This document shows, piece after piece, positions 8,788 through 17,929 of a DNA stretch of 64,000 nucleotides. The stretch is from a virus. Both the position numbers and the translations under genes were made by a program. The stretch covers positions 49,819 through 113,818 of IMG/VR virus record IMGVR_UViG_3300010413_000005, one strand, 5' to 3'. The notes under the pieces were generated by a model, which worked only from the letters and a program-made list of their open reading frames with translations, was not told where the DNA came from and did no database searches. The number at the start of each line of letters is the position of its first letter. Position 1 is the stretch's first letter.

Positions 8788-10366
8788 CTAGGTTTTTCAC
8801 CGCCCAATTGACAATCGGACGCAATGTCGGAGACATAAATATCTTATTTCCGTTACGCACGCTGTCTGCCATACTCTGAATCGTCGCCAAAAAACGGTCG
8901 CTGTACAACGTCGAATCCAACCCCAATGATCTTATGCCTTCGCGCAATCGCTCGTCTAGCGAATTCGTATCTGCGAATGTATTTTTGATTTTTTCCCTTG
9001 GTTTATCGCTCTTTTTGCGTTTATCCAGATTGGCGCAAGCCACCTGGTCTATCATCGCCGGAGACTTGAGTATGGACACCGGAGGTATGGTCAAGCCTTT
9101 TCTCGCGAAGGAGCCTATATGTTCGTGCCAATACTCGAGAACTTGCCGCGGAGTCACCCCCTTCTCGATGCACAACACTCCGGCCTCTTCCGCATATGAC
9201 TTCTCCTTGTCTGGAAGCACAGAAGGAAACGAGATCGGCCGGCCCTGCGATACTTCGGCCGCGCGGCGATACCGGACGTAGATTCTCGAGAACTCCACTC
9301 CCAGTTTGGCGATCAGTTTCTTGCGTGAGTTGTCACGTTTCGATTTGCTCAATATCCGGAGCATGCGCGGTCGCTCTTTGCTGTTCGGATCGAACGACAC
9401 GCTCGGGTGTCCCCTCTGGTCCAGATTCTCGAAGCGAATTTCTTTACCTCGACGCAAGTCGAGTTCGGCAACTTGTTGCCGAAGGTTTCTCCTCCCAGAA
9501 TCAGCACGTTTCTTCTCCGAAGAAACGAGTACTTTAAATTTGTTTAAATTTAATTTACTTAAATTACTTAAATTTAAATTAGTTAAATTAGGGGATCCAA
9601 GGGGAGCGACTTTAGTCCCTTCCGAGTTGTTTTCAGATTGTTTGTTTTCAACAACTCGATTCGTTTGTTGTAAGTATCCGTCTTCTTTGGTGAATTTCCT
9701 TCTTTTTATCAATTTTTCTTCAACTTTTATTGTATTCCGAATTGTTGATAAATCGCCAGATAGTAAATACAAATTATCTTGATTATTAGTGGTTATATTT
9801 TCTATTAGCATTGAATTGTTGTCGTATGTTTTATAATGATGTAATCGATCGCGTAATACGCAAACATAAAATTGTCCCGCGTAATCATAATAAGTTGTAT
9901 TTGCAGGTTGTGTATTTCCTTTATAATATTGTAAGCGCTTCGATTGTAAAATCAATTCGGATAACGTGACGGCGCTTACATTATTTTCTAACATGAAATT
10001 TGACAATCTAGTGACCGCGTATCCGCTCTTGATCATCAATTTTCTCTCCACTACGACTTCAGTAGGTTTGCCAGATCCGTGTGGAATGAAACTGATGTAA
10101 TTCTTGCGCTCGAGTTCTCTCAATATCTGATTGCTACGACGTTGTGAATACTCCAACTTGTGTGCCAACGCCGTACGTCCGGACTTCAACGTCTTGGAGT
10201 CGTACGTCAAAAGTTTCATCCACACTGCTAGCGCCGGACACGATAACTCTTCACAAGCGGTTTCGATATCGGCCGGACCTTCCCAAGGAAACAATTCTTT
10301 CGTAGCTTTGAAACGCGTTCCGGAGGAATGTTTCGTAGTGGAAAGTATGGGAATGTGTTTTTTCAT
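8768..10366 (-). CDS. Putative replication initiator (N-terminal wHTH)
   Basis: HTH-like RTALAHKLEYSQRRSNQILRELERKNYI; directly upstream of loader/helicase/primase; has an internal AT-rich repeat tract. Start set at ATG 10366, below the hairpin. Confidence 0.65.
   Translation of the reverse strand: MKKHIPILSTTKHSSGTRFKATKELFPWEGPADIETACEELSCPALAVWMKLLTYDSKTLKSGRTALAHKLEYSQRRSNQILRELERKNYISFIPHGSGKPTEVVVERKLMIKSGYAVTRLSNFMLENNVSAVTLSELILQSKRLQYYKGNTQPANTTYYDYAGQFYVCVLRDRLHHYKTYDNNSMLIENITTNNQDNLYLLSGDLSTIRNTIKVEEKLIKRRKFTKEDGYLQQTNRVVENKQSENNSEGTKVAPLGSPNLTNLNLSNLSKLNLNKFKVLVSSEKKRADSGRRNLRQQVAELDLRRGKEIRFENLDQRGHPSVSFDPNSKERPRMLRILSKSKRDNSRKKLIAKLGVEFSRIYVRYRRAAEVSQGRPISFPSVLPDKEKSYAEEAGVLCIEKGVTPRQVLEYWHEHIGSFARKGLTIPPVSILKSPAMIDQVACANLDKRKKSDKPREKIKNTFADTNSLDERLREGIRSLGLDSTLYSDRFLATIQSMADSVRNGNKIFMSPTLRPIVNWAVKNLGDSNEK
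9531..9990. repeat. Putative origin of replication inside the initiator gene
   Basis: Six TTAAATT copies in 9534-9589 (DUE-like), plus TGTAAGCG/TGTAATCG-core motifs at 9825-9847, 9927-9938 and 9971-9989 (inverted). The tract is much more AT-rich than its flanks. Confidence 0.55.
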
Positions 10367-10373
10367 TCGAGAA

Positions 10374-10419
10374 TTAAAAGAGAAACGGCTCCGTGCATAG
10401 AGGAACACGGAGCCGTTTC
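10374..10419 (-). terminator. Intrinsic terminator-like hairpin upstream of the initiator
   Basis: Perfect 14-bp stem gaaacggctccgtg/cacggagccgtttc (10382-10419) with a 10-nt loop, followed by TCTTTT on the minus strand. Confidence 0.65.
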
Positions 10420-10504
10420 AATGGGAGATTCGAATATCTTGGTACAGTGCCTTTTGGCGATTAAGTTAGTATAGCGCTTTTCGCTCGGAGCTACTGATTT
10501 TTTT

Positions 10505-11986
10505 TTAGTCATCGGAAGATTCTTTCACAGTCACGCTGAATTCGGACTCCGAGCGATAAACCTTCAATCGCTCTTTGGAATGCTTAGTGAAGTACGAATT
10601 GGTGTGGTCCATGAAATCTATCAAGGTCGCTTCCGTTTTGCCCTCTGCGATCGTCATGTTTCTCATGCGTTGGATGGTAGCCTTGGCGTCTCTTCCACCT
10701 TCAGCGTTGATGACGCATTCGATCTCGGGAATGTCTATCCCTTCTCCGAATACGGTTCCTATCAATATGTTGAAGTCGCCGCTCAAGTAATCGTCTATCA
10801 CTTCTTGTCGTTTGTGTTTTTGATGTTTGCCAACTACCACACCGTATTGTGCCCCTCTTGATTCCAAGGCGTCTACTATCATCTGTATCTGCTCAAGGCT
10901 GTTAGAGACCACAAGGACTTTCATCCTATGGGCAAATTGATGTGCCAACGCAGCGATTCTATCATTTCGATACTCGTTCGCTACGATACCGCGGCGCCGG
11001 AGCGTTTGACTCCATTTCATGTGAGCTATGTTGTCCGGTTTCCTGATCGGATAGACCAACACGTTTTGTCGCATGAGAAATCCGTCTTTTATGAGCCTGG
11101 AAGACGGAACGTCGATTCTAATCGGTCCGCATGAAGCTTTGAGCCAAATGACTCCCATCGACTGTTCTCTTTTATTGTCCAATAACGCGGTCGCCGAAAG
11201 TCCTATTTTGAATCGAGCGTCGAAGTCCTGTATGGTCTTGTGCCATTCTCCGGTCCCTTTGAAATGGTGAAATTCATCAGCTATGATAACGTCGATTCTC
11301 TTTATCAAATCGGCGTATCGCGGATCTCTGGGAACTGTCTTCCATTTGCCATGCTTGTCTTTGTAGCGCCGGCCTCTCAATAAAGTGAGCGTTTGAGCAG
11401 TCGCGACCGTAATGAACTTGGGATCGAATTCGGAGTCTCCTATGATTCCGATTTCAGTACACAAAGCTTCTTCGAGAGAGCTTATCGTTTGATACAGAAG
11501 CATTTGCGACGGAACTATGAACAGAGTCGAATGGCCTAATATGGATATGATTCGAGCAGCGGTTTTCGTTTTACCGCTTCTTATGGGCATCTTGATGATG
11601 CCGTTGCCGAATAATCGAGCCTTTCTTATGTCCCGAGTTACCGAAAGAACTGCCTCTAATTGGTAGTTTCTCAGTTGGATGTTTTCGTTCCAATTGATTT
11701 TTCGTCGTTCTGTATGTACTTTTCTCAAGTCGACTACGTCGTAATCCACTTTCCATTCTTTCAGCACCTCCGCGACGTCTTCGAGCATTCCGATCGGGAC
11801 CGTGTATCCGCGTTTTTCGCTGAAAGTCAACAAATGAGTTCGTCCATCCCAGAATCCGCTTTTGAAGCTCGGAGCGAATCGATGCCCGGCGACCAGATAA
11901 CTGGTGACTTCCTTTATGGCCTTGATCACACTGATGTGTACGCCTTCCAACGTGATCAATCGATTATCCAATATCAATCTGGGCAT
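10505..11986 (-). CDS. Superfamily 2 DEAD/DEAH helicase (UvsW/ResIII-like)
   Basis: Q-motif LRNYQ, MPIRSGKT, IADEFHH, GLSAT, GEGIDIP, IQR. Confidence 0.9.
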   Translation of the reverse strand: MPRLILDNRLITLEGVHISVIKAIKEVTSYLVAGHRFAPSFKSGFWDGRTHLLTFSEKRGYTVPIGMLEDVAEVLKEWKVDYDVVDLRKVHTERRKINWNENIQLRNYQLEAVLSVTRDIRKARLFGNGIIKMPIRSGKTKTAARIISILGHSTLFIVPSQMLLYQTISSLEEALCTEIGIIGDSEFDPKFITVATAQTLTLLRGRRYKDKHGKWKTVPRDPRYADLIKRIDVIIADEFHHFKGTGEWHKTIQDFDARFKIGLSATALLDNKREQSMGVIWLKASCGPIRIDVPSSRLIKDGFLMRQNVLVYPIRKPDNIAHMKWSQTLRRRGIVANEYRNDRIAALAHQFAHRMKVLVVSNSLEQIQMIVDALESRGAQYGVVVGKHQKHKRQEVIDDYLSGDFNILIGTVFGEGIDIPEIECVINAEGGRDAKATIQRMRNMTIAEGKTEATLIDFMDHTNSYFTKHSKERLKVYRSESEFSVTVKESSDD

Positions 11987-12068
11987 AGAAGTGCGACGAA
12001 TTTGAAAAATAATTCGTAGTATCACGCGCGTCTAGCGCGATATGAAATTAATTAGCGCGAACGGAAAA

Positions 12069-12206
12069 TTATTCTGAAGTGACTTGTTCTACTTTGTCTT
12101 TGGTTTTTTCTGCGTCGTCGGAGCTAAGATATCCTAATGAATACAGAATTGAGATGGCAGCGGTGATTACCGCGGCGATTATCGCGCTAATTTGCTTCTT
12201 ACTCAT
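12069..12206 (-). CDS. 45-aa single-TM membrane protein (holin-like)
   Basis: Below the ORF-track cutoff. MSKKQISAIIAAVITAAISILYSLGYLSSDDAEKTKDKVEQVTSE; strong SD (GGAGGAG); last gene of the late operon. Confidence 0.55.
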   Translation of the reverse strand: MSKKQISAIIAAVITAAISILYSLGYLSSDDAEKTKDKVEQVTSE

Positions 12207-12207
12207 G

Positions 12208-12741
12208 TCACTCCTCCTGTTCGATTATGACCGGATGTTCTTTGTCTCGTTTGAGCATCCTTTCCGTTATTGTTTCCACGTTGTTCACATTTTCGTTATC
12301 TCTTTTCTTGTACGGATCTTCTTCGGTGCTGATTCGCGTCCACAATCTTTCGTCGTAGTGATACGGAACGGCTAGAGCTCCTTGTTCGCAATCAGCCAAG
12401 GCATGAATCGCTTCGTGCATCATGGTGTGCTTGAAAGCGGTTCCTTTCAAATCGCTGGCGATTGCTATTTCGTTTTTATCGTAAGTGGTGCAACCAGCTA
12501 TCGAATCCTTGGTTCTACCGTTACAAGTTATAGGTCTGTCTTTGATTATCACATCGTAATTGAAAAGGTCCGCGTAGCACCGATCGCTTACCCTCCATAT
12601 CATCATGTCCCAAGCTGCGACCGAGATCAACATCTCGGGATATTCGACTTGTTCGCCTGGACGCAGTTCGTACGGATCCGTTTGGCAGGCGGACGATATC
12701 GCGAGCGCCAACCCGATTAGTAGTATGTTCAACTTTTTCAT
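12208..12741 (-). CDS. Lipoprotein with HExxH zinc-metallopeptidase motif
   Basis: Signal peptide MKKLNILLIGLALAISSA-C (lipobox); AGCT...I.I....HTMMHEAIHAL...H. Confidence 0.7.
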   Translation of the reverse strand: MKKLNILLIGLALAISSACQTDPYELRPGEQVEYPEMLISVAAWDMMIWRVSDRCYADLFNYDVIIKDRPITCNGRTKDSIAGCTTYDKNEIAIASDLKGTAFKHTMMHEAIHALADCEQGALAVPYHYDERLWTRISTEEDPYKKRDNENVNNVETITERMLKRDKEHPVIIEQEE

Positions 12742-12768
12742 TTACAAACCTTTCTTTTATCGGCGTTA

Positions 12769-15700
12769 TCACGGAAGTGTAACACTGGATTGTAGAACGT
12801 TATCGTTGATAACAGCTCCGGTTCCAGTATTTTGGATCGCAGGAGTCGTGGTGTATTCATTCAAACAGATATTTTCCGTTACGATGTTATAATTTCCACT
12901 AGATAGATTGATCCAATCGTTATTGCCCATTCCGACCGAATTCGAGTTGGCAAAAAGGTGATTGGCGTGTACTCGTAATGATTGGTGAAGCGTTCCAGCC
13001 TTGATGAATTCTCCTTCGTATTCCATGGTGAATTCGCAATTTTCTACTGATCCGCCATTGTGAAGAGAACTATCGGAGAACTCAACAAGGAATGTATTGA
13101 ACGCTCCGTTCGATCCTTGGTTGTTCCTTACCTTTCTAATCTGACAATTGTGCGCGTTGCTGACCCTGATGAATGTACGTCCGTAGCTCGCGTAATTGGA
13201 AGTCGTACTTGTGAAGTACCATTGCCCTCCGTATCCGTACAAGAACAAGTCTTCTAAAACACAATGGTCGCCTGTCACCTCTATATACGATTTACTAGTC
13301 GGTTCCGGAGGTCTTGCCGAATTGTAGAATTCGAATCTGGCGTGAATTATTTTGCAATAATCTCCTGCCATTTCTATGCAAGATTCGACGTTGCCGCTTC
13401 CGAGAGAAGTATCGAAATCTGTCAACATCTTGAGATTCATTATCGTCGTTTCACCCTTCATGGAAAAGAACGCGAAACCAGGAGAAACGACATCCCAAGA
13501 AGTAGGAATGAAATTCAATTCGAAACCGTCTACGAAACAATCCGTAAAGCAGAAGATTGAATCATTTCCCGGTCCGGCGATATCTCGATCCATATACACA
13601 CTTTGTACGTCTATCACGAGATCTCTGATTTTGCAATCCTGGAATAAAATCCATTCGTAATTGTGAATTGTTCTTTCATCTGTGGTTCCGGTCGCCTTCC
13701 TGAATTTGCAATTGTATAGTGTTCCTTCCTTGATTTTGATCATATGATCGGTAGCGCCGCTGAATCTCATGAAAGTAGCGTTCATATTGAAGCTGCAATC
13801 AATGTAATCGACGCCTTCTGTGTCTATCATACAAGGTTGGGAGGAGTTGTCTCTGTCCGCTTCTGCGCCGGAGAAATGGCAACCTCTGAAAGTTCTTTGA
13901 GACGTTTCGTGTGAAGTTCCAGCAGAAGAAAGAACGAGTTTTCCGCTATCCGAATACACATAACAATTCTCGAATGAAACCTTGCGATTGCCACTAGTGA
14001 TGCTTATGGCCGGAGTGTAATTCGCCGTTCCTCCGGCGTCGATGACGATTACACAACCGATGAAATGCGAATCTTCTCCGTCGACTACGAGAGCATTTTG
14101 TCCTGATTCTTTTTGGATGAATGCGCAATTTACGAAAACCTTTTTTCTGGAAACTGCGTATCCGTTGTTGTACGGCGATCCTTGCGTCTTGAACGTCGGC
14201 GATCCGTTCGTTTCATTCACGAAAACGCAATTGGAGAAGTAATCAACGCTAACACCTGTGGAAGTCGTTATTACTTGGAATGTTCCGCTCGAGAGCGGCG
14301 TTCCGGAACCGGAAAGAGAATCCGGAACATGACAACTGCGCATCGAAGTGGCTTCGTTTCCGCCCAAACCACCTCCACCGGTGGCTGTGCCGCCTCCGTA
14401 GTGTTGAAAAGCGTTCGGAGCAAGTAGGCAATGTTCAGCATGAAACGGACCGTCGTCTCCTAAGATGGAATATAACGTCGCGCCCATCTGCAGATTTTTG
14501 AACACACCGTACCAATTGAATCCAGAAACCGCGGTGGGAGCGAACAATCTCGATTTCAAGATGTTCTCGCCTTCGATAACCGGCATGTACGATTTGCTCA
14601 TATTTGAACTGGTAAAGAGAAAAGTTCCGGTTCCTTTCAAGAAGTGTTTTTCGGAACCCCAAGACGAAATAACGCTATCTATTCCTTGAAGATCAGCCTG
14701 CATGGTCGCTTGGCTAACGGAATGTGTAATGCCGATACGAGATCTGGCGAGTTGACGATCTGCGTCGGTCATCTTGGTTTTCACTTCGTTTCCGCTTGTG
14801 CCGAGTCCTCCCCAAGAAGCAGAAGCAGAAGGAGCGGTTTGCGCGTAACTGGAAGGATCGAGGCAAATCAGATTTGCGCCTCCGGCGACGCTGGTCAAAT
14901 CATCCACCATCTCTTCTATCGCCGTTTGCATATTGGTAGCTGCGATCGCCCAACTGATAGGAGACGCTCCGGTGTACGGTGTGAAAGATATGCTTACGGC
15001 CGAATTGGCAGCCAAGATTATCTGTCCGCTGATGTCGAACACCGTAGGCGTTCCGCCGTTACCGGTAACAACTCCGGCGAAGAAATGAGCTCCGGAAGTC
15101 GATATGGGATTGCCGGCCGCGCGGCGAACGGAAATGCCTACCAGTTGAACCCAATAATCGGATGCGGTCGTGGACACCGTGGTCTGTCCCAAAGTGCCAG
15201 TGGTAGTTATCTTGTTTTCTCCGCCTCCATAAGCTACGGTACACTCTTCTATCGCGATCGCCGGAGTCAACGCTCCGGCCGCGGGCACCTTCCTGAAGAC
15301 TCGAACAGTACGTCCGGAGTTGTCTTCTCCGTTTTGGGTTACCGAATCCACACCAAATGTTATCGTTCCGCCATTGTCTACGACCGAATCCGGTTCCGCT
15401 TGTTCTCCGACGTCCTCTATGTATTTGACATATTCCGGATTGCCATACGTAGGATTGATCTGAATTCCATAAGGTTTGGAAATGTATCCGGCGCCTACTT
15501 CGTAATCAACAGCGTTCGAATTTTCGAACACCGCGGAACGAGTTACGAGAGAAAGATCCAGAATGTTGCCCAACCCGTCGTGCGCGTCTCCGGCACCTCC
15601 GGTCTTCAGATCCATTTGTACTTGATCCGCTCCCGGAGAAGATAAAGCCATCTTTTCCAAAAAGCTTCCGTTGCTGTAGGCGCGCGAAATGATCCCTCTA

Positions 15701-15798
15701 CAGATTCCCTGCGTATATCCCAACAGTCTGGTCCCGAAGTCTTCGAAACCCATAACTCTTTTTTCGCAGATGTTTGAGAATTCATCTAAAGTGGCCAT
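12769..15798 (-). CDS. Tail fibre/tailspike with right-handed beta-helix (receptor-binding protein)
   Basis: 1009 aa after the baseplate genes; repeated F.NC.F / IGC.I / ENC beta-helix rungs in the C-terminal half. Confidence 0.75.
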   Translation of the reverse strand: MATLDEFSNICEKRVMGFEDFGTRLLGYTQGICRGIISRAYSNGSFLEKMALSSPGADQVQMDLKTGGAGDAHDGLGNILDLSLVTRSAVFENSNAVDYEVGAGYISKPYGIQINPTYGNPEYVKYIEDVGEQAEPDSVVDNGGTITFGVDSVTQNGEDNSGRTVRVFRKVPAAGALTPAIAIEECTVAYGGGENKITTTGTLGQTTVSTTASDYWVQLVGISVRRAAGNPISTSGAHFFAGVVTGNGGTPTVFDISGQIILAANSAVSISFTPYTGASPISWAIAATNMQTAIEEMVDDLTSVAGGANLICLDPSSYAQTAPSASASWGGLGTSGNEVKTKMTDADRQLARSRIGITHSVSQATMQADLQGIDSVISSWGSEKHFLKGTGTFLFTSSNMSKSYMPVIEGENILKSRLFAPTAVSGFNWYGVFKNLQMGATLYSILGDDGPFHAEHCLLAPNAFQHYGGGTATGGGGLGGNEATSMRSCHVPDSLSGSGTPLSSGTFQVITTSTGVSVDYFSNCVFVNETNGSPTFKTQGSPYNNGYAVSRKKVFVNCAFIQKESGQNALVVDGEDSHFIGCVIVIDAGGTANYTPAISITSGNRKVSFENCYVYSDSGKLVLSSAGTSHETSQRTFRGCHFSGAEADRDNSSQPCMIDTEGVDYIDCSFNMNATFMRFSGATDHMIKIKEGTLYNCKFRKATGTTDERTIHNYEWILFQDCKIRDLVIDVQSVYMDRDIAGPGNDSIFCFTDCFVDGFELNFIPTSWDVVSPGFAFFSMKGETTIMNLKMLTDFDTSLGSGNVESCIEMAGDYCKIIHARFEFYNSARPPEPTSKSYIEVTGDHCVLEDLFLYGYGGQWYFTSTTSNYASYGRTFIRVSNAHNCQIRKVRNNQGSNGAFNTFLVEFSDSSLHNGGSVENCEFTMEYEGEFIKAGTLHQSLRVHANHLFANSNSVGMGNNDWINLSSGNYNIVTENICLNEYTTTPAIQNTGTGAVINDNVLQSSVTLP

Positions 15799-15805
15799 AA
15801 TTTCC

Positions 15806-17068
15806 TCACGTGTTTATATCTACGGTATCGTTCTCCATAGGGTTGAAAAACATTTCCACTTCGGACAACTCGATTTGTGTGCCCGTTGTTTGGCCTACGC
15901 CTAACGAACCGCTGGAGTGCGAAGAGTCGTTCGTATCTATTACCTGCAATGTGTCGAAATACACTCTAATAACGTTATATGTGCTTTCTGGTATTATTTC
16001 TACGCGAATAGCATAATACGTATCAGGTTGTATTTCTGTGGTGTAAGTGGAAAGCATATTGACGCTCGCCAGAACCGTATCGATTCCGGCGACCGATTTC
16101 GAAAGTCTTATGACGTTGGGGAATGTTGGATGGTCGTTCAAGAATACAGAAATCAAATAGTAATCGTTTTCTCCGGTTCGATAGAAATAGCAATGCATCG
16201 ATTTGGTATCGCTACGTATTTTCCATGTGGCCGTGTAATTGGTCCAATCCGGAGCGGCGTCCAATCCCACGTGTGTTTCGGTATCGCCGGCCGGATCATT
16301 CAACGTCAGCACGCCTCCGCTGACAGTGGATATGCTATTGGTTCCGTCTTCCCACTGCGAATTGTCACCTTCGGTTGTGAATAAGTCCAAGAAACCTAAA
16401 TAGCTTATCACTACTCTTTCGTTCACTGGACGGGTCAATTTCGCGAGTTCTCTTACGAGAGCGTGATCCAATGTTCCGTCGTCCACGATTCTTATGTTGT
16501 ATCGATTCTCGTCGTAATTCGGAGGACCGGGAAGATTTATCATGTGAGGATCGTATCCTTCTCTGTCTTCTGTCAAAGCGGTTCCGTCCATGACAATTCT
16601 GAAATCGAACCAATTCCAAATGCGTACTCGAGCTCCAGTTACCAACTTCAATAGATCGATTATCGAATTCTCCGGACCTCTCTTCTTCCAAAACGGGACC
16701 GATGCTATGATAAGTCTCCGTAGTGTTTCCGAATCCAGTTGATCCGTTATATGGTCCAATTCCGACGTCCAACCCACAATATTCTTCTGGTAAATCAAAA
16801 ACGATTCTGATACAGTAGGAATGTCCCATAGCAACGGTAGATTGCGTATATTCTGTGTTATATCTCTCCATATCTGTTGTGGTCCTTCGAGATATCTTTC
16901 TACAAATTGCCCGCCTTCGTTTTGATCCGCGATCCTGATTCCTTCGATCAGAAATTTGTACATCTCCATCCTCAGCGGTTCTTCCACACTGGGCATAGGA
17001 ATGTATCCGATCATAGGACTGGATTGCGTATGGAGCGGATTTCCGGATTGATCTTGGATGACTGCCAT
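15806..17068 (-). CDS. Baseplate wedge protein (P2 gpI-like) with C-terminal beta-sandwich
   Basis: LWDIPTVSESFL...VGW...LRRLI...WKKRG...IIDLLKLVTG gpI-like pattern; C-terminal lectin-like strands. Confidence 0.75.
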   Translation of the reverse strand: MAVIQDQSGNPLHTQSSPMIGYIPMPSVEEPLRMEMYKFLIEGIRIADQNEGGQFVERYLEGPQQIWRDITQNIRNLPLLWDIPTVSESFLIYQKNIVGWTSELDHITDQLDSETLRRLIIASVPFWKKRGPENSIIDLLKLVTGARVRIWNWFDFRIVMDGTALTEDREGYDPHMINLPGPPNYDENRYNIRIVDDGTLDHALVRELAKLTRPVNERVVISYLGFLDLFTTEGDNSQWEDGTNSISTVSGGVLTLNDPAGDTETHVGLDAAPDWTNYTATWKIRSDTKSMHCYFYRTGENDYYLISVFLNDHPTFPNVIRLSKSVAGIDTVLASVNMLSTYTTEIQPDTYYAIRVEIIPESTYNVIRVYFDTLQVIDTNDSSHSSGSLGVGQTTGTQIELSEVEMFFNPMENDTVDINT

Positions 17069-17928
17069 TATAGTATCTGCGCTGTTATTTGATCGTTTGT
17101 AGTTATGTAATCTATCGGATTGGAATACAGAATTCCCTTTACCGTCAAATTATAAAGCTGTCCTTCGGTTTGATCGCTGGTTTTCAGCGTGACCAAGCTA
17201 CCTTCCAAACTCTCTACGCTTTGAACAACCAATCCTCCGTCGAAGGAGTAATTGTTCGAATCCAATATCGCCGCGTTGCTTTCCATGACTTCGCTGAATT
17301 GTACTTCTACGGTGTTCTTGTCTTTGGCCAATACCAAAATCACGGTAGGAGATTGCCCTATGCCGGCGAAAATCATATATTCGCTGTAAATCGGCCGGCC
17401 GCTCGAGCTGATAACAGCTCCGGTGACCGCTCCTTCGTATTCGGCGTCATCCGTCATTTCGTTCACGATGACTTCCACATACAGAGGATAAGATTGACCC
17501 GGAGGCAATACTACACTCTGCGCAAATATGCTTTCCGCTCCTCCGGTAATCGGATTGAAAGAATAGCTGGCCGGATCAATCAGAGCGGCGTTTATCTGTA
17601 CAGATTCTTCGAAATCGATTCTTATCTTGTTGGAAGTCAAGGCGCGTATGTTGGATACCCTCAAAGATGTTATAAAATCAGCGGACAACGAATCAGAAAG
17701 CGATATCGTGTCAGATACGGATTTGGATCCGTAAGTTCCGATTGGAGTTTCTTCGACTTCTATTTCGTCTGTATTTACCACCTCTATTTGCGAACCGGAT
17801 CCGTCGGACAGAACAATCACCAGGCAAAACGATAGGGATATCGATTCGTCCAAAGTTCTTTCGTTAGTCGTAGCGATTGAATCGGACGTGCTTACGGAAT
17901 CGCCTACTGTTTTTTCGTATAAAGCCAT
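17068..17928 (-). CDS. Baseplate-associated protein with two Ig-like repeats and SDSxSxSD motifs
   Basis: Duplicated (K/T)(I/V).(I/V).F.E....NAA..D...YSF unit; lies between the gpJ-like and gpI-like genes. Confidence 0.6.
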   Translation of the reverse strand: MALYEKTVGDSVSTSDSIATTNERTLDESISLSFCLVIVLSDGSGSQIEVVNTDEIEVEETPIGTYGSKSVSDTISLSDSLSADFITSLRVSNIRALTSNKIRIDFEESVQINAALIDPASYSFNPITGGAESIFAQSVVLPPGQSYPLYVEVIVNEMTDDAEYEGAVTGAVISSSGRPIYSEYMIFAGIGQSPTVILVLAKDKNTVEVQFSEVMESNAAILDSNNYSFDGGLVVQSVESLEGSLVTLKTSDQTEGQLYNLTVKGILYSNPIDYITTNDQITAQIL

Positions 17929-17929
17929 A

